Assembly (NCBI GenBank): GCA_964016885.1
Contig: OZ024749.1
Coordinates: 26,846,001 to 26,910,000, forward strand
DNA: 64,000 bases
Direction: 5' to 3'
Source: Eledone cirrhosa
Taxonomy: Eukaryota
The notes below the pieces were generated by a model, which saw nothing but the letters and a program-made list of their open reading frames with translations, was not told the DNA's origin and searched no databases. Positions 25,730 to 39,226 of the stretch are shown in pieces. The position numbers and the translations under genes are program-made. Numbering within the stretch: position 1 is the first letter of the stretch; the number at the start of each line of letters is the position of its first letter.

Positions 25730-27428
25730 AAAGGGTGGTGGATTGGCAGTATTGGTAGAGGGTCGGAGGCCCTGCTTTGACGTATAGAGTTACGGCCCAT
25801 TGCCCCATTACCATTCTGAGTTCAAATCTCGCCGAGGTTAACTTTGCCTTTCATCCTTACGGGGTCGATAAAATAAAGTACCAGTAATGTACTGTGTAAT
25901 TACTGGCCTTGTGCCAAAAGTAGAAACAATTATTTAATATAGAAATTACTTCTACTGGACTAGAACTGTTTCGTTCATTTAAAACCATAAGAAATGCCTG
26001 ATCCTGATGATTTCATATGATTGAAACAATTCTAGTCCTGTAGAAGTCATTTCTATATTAAATAATTGTTTCTACATTTGGCACAAGGCCAGCAATTACC
26101 CAGTGCATTACTGGTACTTTATTTTATCGACCCCCGTAAGGATGAAAGGCAAAGTCAACCTCGGCGGGATTTGCACTCAGAATGGCAATGGCCGTAACTC
26201 TATGTGTCAAAGCATGGTGTCCGACCCTCTACCAATACTGCCATCCCAATCCCCCACCCCCATCGACACCACCCCTTTCTTTGTAAAGTTATGTTGGTAC
26301 CATCCAGTCCTAAATAAATGAGGTTGTGTAGGTGTCACGACAAAAAAACACAGTCCATGCTGTAATGTGGCCATGTAGGTAACATGGTAATAACCTCCCA
26401 GTCCACACTGTAAACGTGGTTGGTGTTAGGAAGGGCATCTAGCCATAGAAAACCTGCCAGACAGTCACGTACGAGCGAGACGACCAATCTTGCCTCAAGT
26501 GGGATAATTCCCATCTAAACCCATGCTAGCGTGGAAGATAAACGTTTGATAATGATATATATATATATATATATTGGAAAATGTGTGAGATCCTTGGTAC
26601 AGTTAGGTATATTTGAAAAAAAGGAAAAGAATGACTTCACTTGTAGTGTTAAAAAATTTGATTTAATATAATATAATATTATGAGTGGCAGTATCGGTAG
26701 AGAGTTGGACGCCATGCTTTCCAGCATAGTTACATCCCTTTACGATCTGAGTTCAAATCCCGCCGGGGTTGACTTTGCCTTTCATCCTTACGGGGTCGAT
26801 AAAATAAAGTACCAGTAATGCACTGGGTAATTGCTGGCCTTGTGCCTAAAGTAGAAACAATTATGAGTTGGTAGATCTACCAACTCAAAATTTTATTTGA
26901 TTTGGTCGAGCCATTTGAGAATGCATAAGGAAAAGACAGACAGACATACAGACAAAGAATTTTATATAGAGAGAGATGTATTGCTTATTTCAAGATTCAC
27001 TTCTGTTAAAAGTTTCAAATTTCAACTTCTGTTATATCGCGTTGATATCATAACATTTTGCTGTAAAGTCAGGTTTGTTAGTATACCTGGGATGTTGTAT
27101 ATAAAATAATGAAAATTATTGTGCACAGTACTTTGCTGCATTACCACTGTTGTTCTTTGATTTTATAAAATATTCTATCTGATGTTCTAATGACTCTGCC
27201 AATTGGACACCCTTTGAAGAAATAGAGATAATATATAAATAATTGTTTCTACTTTTTGGCACAAGGCCAGCACTTATCCCAGTACATTACTGGTACTTTA
27301 TTTTATCGACCCCGTAAGGATGAAAGGCAAAGTTAACCTCGACGGGAATTGAACTCAGATCGTAAAGGGACGTAACTATGCTGGAAAGCATAATCCAACT
27401 CTCTACCGATACTGCCAATTCACCGCCC
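25730..27428. mobile_element. Cluster of four SINE family A copies (25730-25932 +, 26061-26243 -, 26682-26863 +, 27240-27428 -) and an RTE 3' UTR (26265-26555 +)
   Basis: Repeated matches to family consensus sequences found elsewhere in the window. Confidence 0.9.
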
Positions 27429-27439
27429 TTATATAAATA

Positions 27440-30400
27440 ATGTTGAAATAAAACAGTCTAAATCTAAAATACATGCCTACCTGAAAAGTCATTCTTACCA
27501 GCTAAAAAACCACAATGTTTCAAATGTGGAAAAAACACACATTTAAAAACATTTTGCCCAATGCTACATGCGGAAAAACAAAAGAAGGCATTGCTGCCAA
27601 CCCCAAAACCACAACAGACACACCTGAAAACAAAAAACACAACCTGCAAACCATCAACATTCACCCAACCATCACAAACCACAAAAGACACCACACCAAA
27701 AATTCCCCTGAAGGACTCTGTCCCACCCCTTCCCCCTCTGCCTAACACTCCCACAAACACCCCACCACCACACAACATACCCCTCCCACATACCCACAAT
27801 GATAACACCTCTGAGACGGGAACCTCTACATTTCCAAGTGAGGATGAAGAGGAACCCCAAAAATCCAAGAAGCAAAAAAGACAGAAAAAATACAAAAACA
27901 AAAACATAAACAGAAAACACGCACACACTTAACACTGACATAAACATACCACTACAAACGACAACCACACCAACAACACAACCAAACACTTCACCAACAA
28001 AACAAACACCCACACCACTACAATCACAAACCCCAACCACAAAATGAAAACTACAAACAAACAGTACACATAAAAAACAAAACACATTACACATACATAA
28101 AAACAAGAAACAAAGAATTGGTGGAAACTGTCCAAAAGGACCCCACAATCCAAACGGAAGGGAAAACCTTCCCCAACAACGCCAAACCCTAAACTAATCA
28201 GGGTAACAACCCTACAGCACGAAACATTAAAAGTGAACTTCCCACATGATGTGGGCCCCCCTTGCCAAAAACCCCTTGACTGCGTCCTGCTAAAAGGATT
28301 CCCTCCCTCCTCAAACACCTCCAGGAAACAAAAAGGTAAGTGTTCCTACCTTTTCTCCCTAACTCTTTTTCACCAACATGGCGACTATACAAGTTGGATG
28401 TTTGAATGTACGTGGCCTGGGCATGCCTTGGAAACAGGGCCAGTTTTTAAATGATCTCAGGTCACGCTGTAAAGATGTGATAGCCATCACTGAGTCCAGG
28501 ATTCACAACAAGCAGCAGCTAACCCCCGTGTTCGATGATTTTGAGATCTACGCATCTCTCTGTAGCCAGGAGGTGGAGGGGGAGTTGCTGTTCTGTTTCG
28601 AAAAAACCTGGATCTCAAAGTACAGATGATTCACTTGGACCCGGAGGGCAGCCTGGTGGTCCTGGACGTGAATGGTAGTGAAGGTGGAGCTTTCAGACTG
28701 GGGCCGTATATGCCATGACTGGGACATCGCGACCAGAGTTCTTCAAGCATCTGGAGCTATTCCTGGGAATTTCTCGCTCCTTAGTGTTAGCGGGGGACTG
28801 GAATGGCATCTTAGACACACATTGGGACTATGTAGGAACTTGTGATAATAGGGGGGGGGGGGGGGGTGTAATTGCCTTAAAAATCTCATCAGCCAATTCC
28901 AACTGGCTGATAGATATAGACTAGACTTCCCAAGTGCACCACTGTGGACGTGGAGCAACTGCACTGGGTCTTCTAGATCGTATTTAGATAGATTTTTAAT
29001 TAGACAGAATGATAAGGAAACATTAAGCTGTTCACAAATGCACATGATTGCCTATTCAGACCACAAATTAGTCACCTGCATAAGCAACCTTGATAGAACA
29101 CATAGACAGGGAACCGGATACTGAAAGCTAAACATGTCACTCCCGGTGCGTAAGGCCTACAGTAAACAGATTAACACCTTAGTTAAGAGCTAGTTGACGG
29201 GGGCCATCGTCAACACAAGTAGTGGAGCTCACTCAAGAGAACAATTAGAATAGAATCGATAGCATTTAGCAAGGAAGTAGCTTTAGAAAAAAACAAAACT
29301 GAAAAGAAACTGGTAGAGGCACTTAGAAATGGCAGTACAGCTGACGTGCTAATGGCGAGAATGGCACTAGACCAGTTCTTCAACGTGAAACACGAAGGTT
29401 GTATTGTCAGAAATAGAACACGTGCTCTAAGAAACGAGGGAGCCAAGGCTGTTAGCTGGGCCCAAGTGGCAACAAATCCACAATTTGGTTTTTGAAAGAC
29501 AAAGATGGACGCATTCTACTTGAATCCAAGCAGATGTGCACAGCCTTCCAGCAACACTTTGCACAACTGTTCGGGCAAAGCAATATGTTGAGTGAGGTGG
29601 ACTTCAGTTCCTACCACGACTCTCGAGCAAGGATGCAGAGAGCTGCAAAAGGCCAATCACAGCAGGTGAAATAGAAGATGCCCTAGGTTGCTGTGGGAAA
29701 TGCAAATCACCGTTTAGATGGTCTACCCTATGAGTTTTACATAGGCATGCCAGACTTGTTCTCTGGCATCCTCAAAACGGCCTACTGCAATTAGCAGCAG
29801 AACGGGAGGATTCCCAGTTCTGTAGGCAGAGGCGTAGTAATGCTGATCAGGAAAGATGAGAACAAGGGGAATGAGATAAGCAATTTCAGGTTCATAACTC
29901 TGCTCAACATAGAATGAAATATTTTGGCCAAGGTGTTAGCAACAAGGCTGGCACTTGTCAAGAACCTGGTAGGAGAAGCACAAACATGTGCAATCCCGAC
30001 CAGGTCCATACATGACAACCTCCACCTCATGCGATACATCAAAGAGAGGGTAGTGTGTAAACCTGGCTTCGTAGGGGCTCTGATCAATTTAGATCAGTTT
30101 AAGGCATTTGTTAGGGTCGACCATCAATACTTGGAAGCGGTTCTCAAGGCGGCCAGCTTCAGTCCCATCTTCAGAGGCTGGATCGCTGCCATATACACCA
30201 GCATCTGCTCAGCAGTCAAGGTGAATGGCTACCTATCGGAGCCATTCATGCGTTTCATCCGTTAGGGATGCCCTCTCCTCCAATCTGTATGTACTGATTC
30301 TCGAGTCGTTACTGCAGAAGGTGGAGCTGTTGCAGGGCATCCTAATTGAACCAGGACTGCGAAAAGCAGCGTCGGCCTATGCCAACAACGTAACCGTAAT

Positions 30401-31950
30401 GGTGTTGAAAACCTTGGAAATCGGGATAATCCGCAACCTATTACAGGAATATGAAATGTTGACAGGAGCAAGACTAAACCCAAACAAGTCTGTTGGTTTG
30501 CAACTCAGCAAATGGAGAGGCAAACCCATACCTTCTGACAGTGCCATTGGACGGAAGGACCGGTGAAATTGATCGGGGTCTGGTTTGGTCCAGACCTCCA
30601 GGTGGACAAGAACTGGAATGAGGTCACGGCGAAGGTGTTTGCACTCACCCAGAAGTGGGCTGAGTGAAAACTCTCCTTGAAAGGTCGAGCGGAGGTGGCG
30701 AACACTTACATAGCGTCCGTTATCTACTACCGCTTGACAGTCGTGCCTTGCCCCCGCGAACACCTCACCAAAATGGAACGCCTACTCTTCAAGTTCCTCT
30801 GGAAGAAACAGGCTCCATTGGTGAGGAGATCCATCTGCTGTCAACACCCTTCTAACGGAGGGCAGGGCATGCCGTGGCTGATGATGCGCAAACATGCGCT
30901 GAGGCTACGCCACCTCCAGATATTTCTGACCGGTGAACTGGTATGGCTGTCGTTTGTGAGACAAGCTCTTCCACAACTCATCTCACTAACAGAGCTGCAG
31001 TCCTGGGTCAAGCGAAGACCGAAAATGGGCGCCTGGCTTCTCGAGTGCTTTCAGGCACTCACAGTGGTCTACCAAGCAGAAACGGCAATCAACGGAGACT
31101 CCACTTCGACAGTCTATAGAGGATTAGTGGAGGATAAGTGCGACGACGTTCTCGGGGAAACTCTAGGCGTCGAGGAGGGCCTATGGATAACTTCCAGAGG
31201 TCTCTGGCCTGGCAGTGCTACTGAGGAGCTCTACCAGTTCAAGACAAAATCTACAGGCACAGACGCCCTGGCAGAGATCCTGCCAAAAGGACCTGTCCAA
31301 GATGTGAATAGGACATCGAAGCCGTTCTGCACGCAATTGTTCAGTGCCCAGGGGTGACCAACCTGTGGAATTATGTCGAACAGCTACTGTCACGTGTAGG
31401 ATGCATCCAGTTGTCAGCCGAGTCCATCATGTGGTTCACCCACCGTCTTCATTTAAGAATGAAGGAGAGGCAGTTTTCCTCTGTCTGGTGGCTATGGCGA
31501 AAGAGGTAATATGGTGGACGAGGTTAAAAGGACTGAGGGCAAACACCTTTCTCTCCGGACAAAAACTCATCCACTTCTTTAAGTACCACTTCAGAAGGAA
31601 GGTGAGAGTGGAGAGAGAGGTGCTACACCCCAGTAAATTCGCTGAAAGGTGGGTGAATGTGGCGAAAATGGCCCGAGTGAAGGGGCCTTCTCTGTAAATA
31701 AACCTGTAGGTTGAGGAAGATAAACAGAGGGAAGACGAGAACACCTACAAAACGTGTTCCTGGTGTTGAGGGTTGTTCTATCCATGGGGTGTAAAACAAC
31801 CCCACATTAATGTCCCCCCCCCACCCCCCACCCTAATGGGGATTTCGATTGTTTTATTTTATATATAGTTTATTATCATTCATTATTGTTAGAGATTTTA
31901 TGTAAAACCCCCACCGTACATTTTTGTACGCCGTTGTGGCAAATAAAGAA
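27440..31950 (+). mobile_element. Decayed Tx1/L1-clade LINE (ORF1 zinc knuckle, ORF2 APE and RT)
   Basis: CFKCGK..H....CP; MATIQVGCLNVRGL, LAGDWN, SYLDRF, SDHK, NLDQFKAFVRVDH, LKGRAEVAN..HPSNGGQGMP; AATAAA near 31941; many stops. Confidence 0.9.
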
Positions 31951-32149
31951 AGATATCTTACAAGATGAGTTGCAATATTACAGCTTTACTGATGAGATAA
32001 CAAGGAGGGAGGAATGAAGGAAGATAATTTCCTTTAAAAAAAAAAGAATCTTGGAGGTAATTGTTGAAGTTATATGTATATCATCATCATCGTTTTAATG
32101 TCCATGTTCCATGCTAGCATATATACATATATATATTAATATACAAATA

Positions 32150-32408
32150 CATACAAAAAAAAAAACAAAAAAAAAACACACAGTCCACGCTGTAATGTGG
32201 CCGTGTAGGCAACACGGTAAAAACCTCCCAGACCCACACTGTAAATGTGGTTGGTGTTAGGAAGGGCATCCAACCGTAGAAAACCCGCCAGACAGTCCTA
32301 TGCGAGCAAGACAATCACTCTTGCCTCAAGTAGGAAAACCCCCGTCCAAACCCATGCAAGCGTGGAACACGGACGTTAAACGTTGATGATGATGATGATG
32401 ATGATGAT
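32150..32408 (+). mobile_element. RTE LINE 3' UTR fragment
   Basis: Matches 46150-46390. Confidence 0.9.
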
Positions 32409-32416
32409 ATATATGA

Positions 32417-32451
<35 letters not shown>

Positions 32452-32452
32452 T

Positions 32453-32815
32453 GAAGGAAAACTCTGATATAACACCTGCAACTCTGATGGTATCCAATGA
32501 TGTTGACTTGTTCTTCTTTTTGGTAAATATCATCTTGGTTAAGAGAGTGGGACTGGCTTTGTGCAGTACCTTTGCTCACTATAAAAGCTTCACGGCACAG
32601 GCATTGCTTTATATCTGGAGATCTCTCTGCACTTGTCGTCACATGGTACCATAGGCCCAGCACTATGTGACAATAATTGTCACAAGTGTAGTGTTTGTAC
32701 CAGAGTTTTCAAGTCGCTGGCTGGACTAAAATGTCACACTCATTCAGCGCATCGGTAGGGGTTCTCCTACATGGATATAAAGTAGTGGCCGTACTCGAAA
32801 ACGAGTTGGCAGCCA

Positions 32816-32854
<39 letters not shown>

Positions 32855-33169
32855 AGAGAGAGGCAAAGTAAGAGAGAGGCTGGCATGCTTCCAACTTAGA
32901 AGGAATCCCCCTTTTTTGCATGTGTTATATGATTTAGTATGGTTGTTGATGTTGTTGGTTGTGGTGGAGGTGTCGGTGTTGTTGGATGGGGTGGTGGTGC
33001 TGTGGTTTGAATTGTTGTTGTTGTCGGTGCTGGTGCTAGTGGCAGCATTGATATAGGATGCAGGAATTATCCAATTCAGTTGTGAGTGATATAACATGGG
33101 TTTGAGATAAATACACATAGTAGGGTATCACAGTTAAAAGCCAGGTTATATATATATATATATATATAC

Positions 33170-33200
<31 letters not shown>

Positions 33201-33335
33201 TGTATGTATGTATGTATGTATGTATGTATGTATGTATGTATGTATGTGTATATATATATGTATGTATGATATATATGTATGTATATATAAGTATGTATGT
33301 ATATATATGTATGTATATATAAGTATGTATGTATG

Positions 33336-33420
<85 letters not shown>

Positions 33421-33863
33421 ATATGTATGTATGAATATATGTATATATATGTATGTTTGTATATATGTATATATATATATATGTATGTTTGTATATATGT
33501 ATATATACATATATATATATATGTGTGTATATATGTATGTATGTATATATGTATGTATATATGTATATATATGTATGTTTGTATATATGTATATATTTAT
33601 ATATATATATATGTATATATATATATGTCTGTATGTATATATGTATATATATATGTATATGTATGTATGTATATATGTATGTATGTTTGAATATGTATAT
33701 ATATATATATATGTATATATGTATATATGTATGTATATATGTATATGTATATATGTATATATATATATGTATGTACATATGTATATATGCATATATGTAT
33801 ATATATATATGTATGTATATATGTATATATGTATATATATATGTATGTATATATGTATATATG

Positions 33864-33895
<32 letters not shown>

Positions 33896-33933
33896 CGTAT
33901 ATATGTATGTATGTATATATGTATATATATATG

Positions 33934-33980
<47 letters not shown>

Positions 33981-34353
33981 ATATATATGAGAAGGAAAAT
34001 TCTGATATAAAACCTGCAACTCTGATGGTATCCAATGATGTTGACTTGTTCTTCTTTTTGGTAAATATCATCTTGGTTAAGAGAGTGGGACTGGCTTTGT
34101 GCAGTGCCTTTGCTCACTATAAAAGCTTCACAGCACAAGCATTGCTTTATATGTGGAGATCTCTCTGCACTTGTCGTCACATACCATGGACCCAGCACTA
34201 TGTGTCAATAATTGTCACAAGTGTAGTGATTGTACCAGAGTTTTCAAGTCGCTGGCTGGACTAAAATGGCACACTCGTTCAGCGCATCGGTAGGGCTTCT
34301 CCTACATGGATATAAAGTTGTGGCCGTACTCGAAAACAAGTTGGCAGCCACCA
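32453..34353. repeat. ~365-bp direct repeat (32453-32820 and 33991-34353) flanking a long (TA)/(TATG) tract
   Basis: gaaggaaaa.tctgatataa.acctgcaac...tggcagccaccata occurs twice; a diverged inverted relative lies at about 53290-53590. Confidence 0.92.
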
Positions 34354-34365
34354 TATATGTGTGTA

Positions 34366-34423
<58 letters not shown>

Positions 34424-34426
<3 letters not shown>

Positions 34427-35410
34427 CACAGATGGTTCTATAGAAATAGTGGACAGCTTCCGTTACCTGGGTGACAAAATCAGCAGTGGGGGAGGGTGCT
34501 CTGAAAGTACAGTAGCTAGAGTCAGAACTGGATGGAAAAAGTTCAGAGAGCTTATACCACTATTAGCCGCTAAAGGGTTCTCTCTAAAAATGAAAGGCAG
34601 GCTGTATGATGCCTGCATACGAACAGCAATGTTACATGGCAGTGAGACCTGGGCATTGTGTGCAGAGGATATACGCAGACTGGAGGAACGAAACTTGCAT
34701 GCTCCGCTGGATGTGTAATAGTAATATACGTGAACGGCAAAGCATAAATGAACTAAGGGAAAAATTAGAAATAAGAGGGATCAGATGTTGTTTACTCGAG
34801 AGAAGACTACGTTGGTATGGTCACGTGATGCGCATGAAAGACGACAGTTGTATAAAAAAGTGCAGGGCCATAAAAATAGACGGTAGCCACGGAGTAGGCA
34901 GACCCAGAAAAACCTGGAACGACTTGATAAATACCGACCTCACACACTTACACCTCTCCAAGACAATGTTACTGGACCGAGATCTTTGGCACTACACAGT
35001 AATAGAGAAGACCCACCTTACCTAAGTACAAAGTGAAACCTACTACAGTCAGTAGGCACCTCTAACAAAATACACCCCCGTCCCACTACCCCCACCCCAT
35101 CCACACCACCCCTTTCAATGTAAAGTTATGTTGGTACCACAACATCCAGCCCGAAACAAATGAGGTCGTGTAGGTGTCACAACAAAAAAACACACAGTCC
35201 ACACTGTAATGTGGCCGTGTAGGTAACACGGTAAAAACCTCCCAGTTCCACACTGTAAATGTGGTTGGTGTTAGGAAGGGCATCCAGCCGTAGAAAACCC
35301 GCCAGACAGTCCTATGTGAGCAAGACAACCACTCTTGCTTCAAGTGGGAAAACTCCCGTCCAAACCCATGGAAGTGTGGAATATGGACGTTAAACATTGA
35401 TGATGATGAT
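34424..35410 (+). mobile_element. 5'-truncated RTE LINE
   Basis: IVDSFRYLGD...RWYGHVMR...GRPRKTW, 3' UTR and (ATG)n tail; one frameshift. Confidence 0.95.
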
Positions 35411-36462
35411 ATATATTAAAATAACAGATTAAAGTTTAAGCAAAGAATCGCTACTCTGTTATTTTAATAAATATTTGCTCTACGGTTCTTGTATATTTGA
35501 TATATATTTATCCTTATAGAGCCCTCTTTGGATTTTAGTCTTTAATTTATTATTATTACTATATATATATATATACACACACACACACATACATATATAG
35601 GAAAAAGTTGAAAATATACTTCGAGTCTTTAAGAAGGTTGATTTACAATAACTTATAACTGTATGGGTTTCACAAGTTTCATAATTTTCAAAAGTTATGG
35701 GAGATGGAGAGATGTGTGGTTATGCCATTGTGTAACTCACATCTAACTGGTGTTGGGAAGTTCTTTTACTTTTATGCCAAAAAAGTGGCTCAGATTGCTA
35801 CATGTTTGAAGTACAATTTCATAGATTGAGGAAAATCACATTCCTAGGCCTCTAATTTTGTGGTAATTTTGCACCAAAAGTTGAGGGTATCGTGGTTCTT
35901 TCAGTTTTCTGAAAAAAATGTGGTTCAAATTGCTCTCTGCTTAAAGAATAATTTGATAGGCAGAGGATGATCATGTAATTAGGTAATGAAGTAATTATAA
36001 CACGGAAGAATCATTTAGCCAATTAAAAACACACAGAAAATGTTAAATTCATTTTACATTTATCATTTCTTTCCTTGTGTCAAAATGTTTTCATTGCTCT
36101 GTTTTCAATCTGTTCAATGATAAATGTTTTGCCAGTCTTTTTGAAATGTAGGAGGATTTTTAACAATCATAAGAAACAATGTAAAGAATTCACACTAAAG
36201 TATTTTAATTTTGGTTGTGGTTGATGACTGGAGATATAAATAAATGTGTATTGTATGGTTGGTATTTTCTGTTTCTATTGACCTGTCTCCTGATGGAGAT
36301 AATGGGACCTTCATATTGCGATATGACATGTCTTGGACGTTTTAAACACAGTAGAACCCATCTCCTCTTCAAACCTGAACCAAGCCGATTTCTTCCAGAT
36401 AAGAAGATATCTAGATAGAAAGATAAATATATATATTTAATTAGAAAGTGAACAACACAAAA

Positions 36463-36548
36463 TATAACTGGTCCATTACCAAAGGTTTCTGAATCCCAGA
36501 CAATAATAATGTATACGTCTGGATCGTTCGTCAGATAGAGATGTTATA
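36463..36548 (-). ncRNA. Type I hammerhead ribozyme with intact core
   Basis: Minus strand: tataac..ctat CTGACGA acgatCCAGAC-loop-GTCTGGgattca GAAA CC ttt GG TA atgg..gttata. Confidence 0.7.
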
Positions 36549-36609
36549 GATAAAAGATATGAAATGAGATTTAAAATCCGTTAAAAATTCCATTGTGATT
36601 ACATAACAC

Positions 36610-36698
<89 letters not shown>

Positions 36699-36719
36699 GG
36701 AGCACACGGGACAATATAT

Positions 36720-37100
36720 ATCATCATCATCATTTAACGTCTATCTTCCACCACTAGCATGGGTTAGACGGGTTGTCCTGTTGTGGGCAATGCCAGGTCG
36801 GGTAACCATGTCTTGCCCACACGGGAACTGATTCTGGCTTGATTTCTACAGCTGGATGCCCTTCCTAACATCAACCTCATTTACAGAGTACTGGGTGCTT
36901 TTTTACCATGGTGCCTACACGACCACTTTACAGTGTGGGCTGGGTACTTTTTTGTTGTGGCACCTCCACGACCACTTTACAGTGTGGGCTGGGTGCTTTT
37001 TTCTCGTGACACCTCCACGACCACTTTACAGTGGGAGGGGGTGGGGGAATATTGACTATATGCTTCAGCTTCGGCTTGTACCCGTGGGAAGTCAGGTCTT
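36720..37100 (-). mobile_element. RTE 3' UTR fragment (subfamily of 1672-2566) with internal ~48-bp triplication
   Basis: gctagcatgggttagacgggttgtcctg-like tail; tttacag.g...ctgggt.ctttttt...cacgaccac repeated. Confidence 0.8.
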
Positions 37101-37113
37101 CTGTATGTGTGTG

Positions 37114-37147
<34 letters not shown>

Positions 37148-37532
37148 GTTATGAGAAAGAGGATGTAATTATTCCAGTACTGAACTGATAGTCCATTTAT
37201 GAAAGCCAAAGAAGACCTCGGTGTCATATTGATAACAGAGAGTAGAGAGACCTGGAATGAATACCACAAAGCATTCTATCTTACTGTTCTAACAACATTA
37301 CACCACTGCATGGTGGGTATTGTGTATATCAGGCATATCAAACTGGGTTCTACAGCCAAGGTTTGCTCCCTTCCGAAGGAATGAATCAAACACACTTCCA
37401 TTTTTCATATTTCATTTGGATGGTATGAAGATAAAACATGCTCGTGCTGTAAAAACCTTTGTGCAGGCCGGAGGTGTGCTTGTAAAGGGCCGCTGCATGT
37501 TTGACAAGCCTGCTGTATATAACAGTAGAAAT

Positions 37533-37775
37533 CATTGTGTATATAAATACAAAGTGGTTGTCTCCCGTTGTTATCTGTGGCACACACATACACACACTAC
37601 ATATACAATGAGGCAAACACATACACACACTACATATACAATGAGGCAAACACATACACACACTACATATACAATGAGGCAAACGCATACACACACTCCA
37701 TATACAATGAGGCAAACACATACACACACATTGTGTATATAAATACAAAGTGGTTGTCTCCCGTTGTTATCTGTG
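37533..37775. repeat. 33-bp minisatellite (about 4 copies) bracketed by a 47-bp direct repeat
   Basis: Unit cacatacacacactacatatacaatgaggcaaa; flanks cattgtgtatataaatacaaagtggttgtctcccgttgttatctgtg. Confidence 0.9.
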
Positions 37776-38126
37776 TGTTTCAGTTAAAATGTCTGTTGTT
37801 TTACGGTGGAAGGGGAAGGGTGAATGTTTCTTCCATAACATATATTGTAATGATATAGGGTGGCTTGTCATACTATTGTTCCTATTTTTTTAAGTTGGTA
37901 ACAATTTAGGTCAGAGATATAAGTTAACTCTTAGCACATCTTGTGTGCATATGCATATGGTCGTGCACGGTGTATGTGAATATATTTGGTGGGTGGGTGG
38001 TGCACACATACACATATACACAAATGTATATAGATAAATATATACAAATGCAGTGATATGTATGCACACCCTCACAAACCCACATTAGCATGTATACACA
38101 TTTATTCATATATATATATAGAGAGA

Positions 38127-38463
38127 GGTACATGGCTTAGTGTTTAGAGCATTGGCCTTGCATTCGAAGGGTTGTGAGTTCAATTCTCAGACCGGGTGAT
38201 GTGTTGTTTCCTTGAGCAAGACACTTTATTTCACATTGCTCCAGTTTACTCAGCTGTAGAAATGAGATGATAGGGACTGGGGTCCCTATCATTCCACTGC
38301 AAAGTGGTCGTAGAGGTACCACGGCAAAAAAGCACCCAGCACTCCCTGTAAATGAGGTTGGTGTTAGGAAGGGCATCCAGCTGTAGAAATCAAGCCAGAA
38401 TCAGTTCCCGTCCCACCCTTGCAAGCAGGGAAAATGGACGTAAAATGATGATGATGATGATGA
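38127..38463 (+). mobile_element. SINE family B (tRNA head, Meta/MESC-like core, RTE-derived tail)
   Basis: tggcttagtg.ttagagc A-box, gttcaattc B-box, tccttgagcaagacacttt core, tail shared with the RTE 3' UTR. Confidence 0.88.
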
Positions 38464-38519
38464 TATATACAATATATAGAGGGGGAAAAACACAGGAGAG
38501 TGTGTTTTTTTATTTACAG

Positions 38520-38608
38520 GATGTAGTAGGGCAGACAATATTGGTCTTTACACATGCTGATGACCCACTAGCCGATTTGGAACCCCTATATGGCGAAACA
38601 ATCACCCA
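38520..38608 (+). CDS. Candidate internal exon DVVGQTILVFTHADDPLADLEPLYGETIT
   Basis: Acceptor tttttttatttacAG, donor GTgagt, only one open frame, non-repetitive sequence. Confidence 0.55.
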
Positions 38609-38667
38609 GTGAGTTTGTACATGTGTGACTTAGTTATGAGGTTGGTTTCTTATTTTAATTTATACTT

Positions 38668-38920
38668 TTAACCCTTTAGCAGTTACATTACTCTATATAT
38701 ACTATTGTATTTTCATGGTAAAGGCTTTACTTCACATAATATCTCACATAACATTCACATTACTCTCTATATACTATTGTATTTTCATGGTAAAGGCTTT
38801 ACCTCACGTAATATCTCACATAACATTCACATTACTCTATATATACTATTATATTTTCATGGGAAAGGCTTTACCTCACGTAATATCTCACATAACTCTA
38901 TATATACTATTGTATTTTCA
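38668..38920 (+). repeat. MITE end (ttaaccctttagca) expanded into a 66-bp tandem array (about 3.5 copies)
   Basis: acattactctatatatactattgtattttcatggtaaaggctttac..cac repeated; same family as 54603-54813. Confidence 0.8.
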
Positions 38921-39226
38921 TGCTTTCCCTGCTTGCAAGGGTGGGACGGGAACTGATTCTGGCTTGATTTCTACAGCTGGATGCCCTTCCTAACCCCAAC
39001 CTCATTTACAGTGAGTACTGGGTGCTTTTTTGCCGTGGCACCTCCACGACCACTTTACAGTGGAATGATAGGGACCCCCAGTCCTATCATCTCATTTCTA
39101 CAGCTGAGTAAACTGGAGCAATGTGAAATAAAGTGTCTTGCTCAAGGAAACAACACATCACCCGGTCTGAGAATTGAACTCACAACCTTTCGATTGCAAG
39201 GCCAATGCTCTAACCACTAAGCCATG
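38921..39226 (-). mobile_element. SINE family B
   Basis: Reverse complement of 38127-38463. Confidence 0.9.

Noticed and set aside
36283-36412. Possible minus-strand exon after tctttctatctAG
   Set aside because: Weak donor, two possible frames, no recognisable peptide
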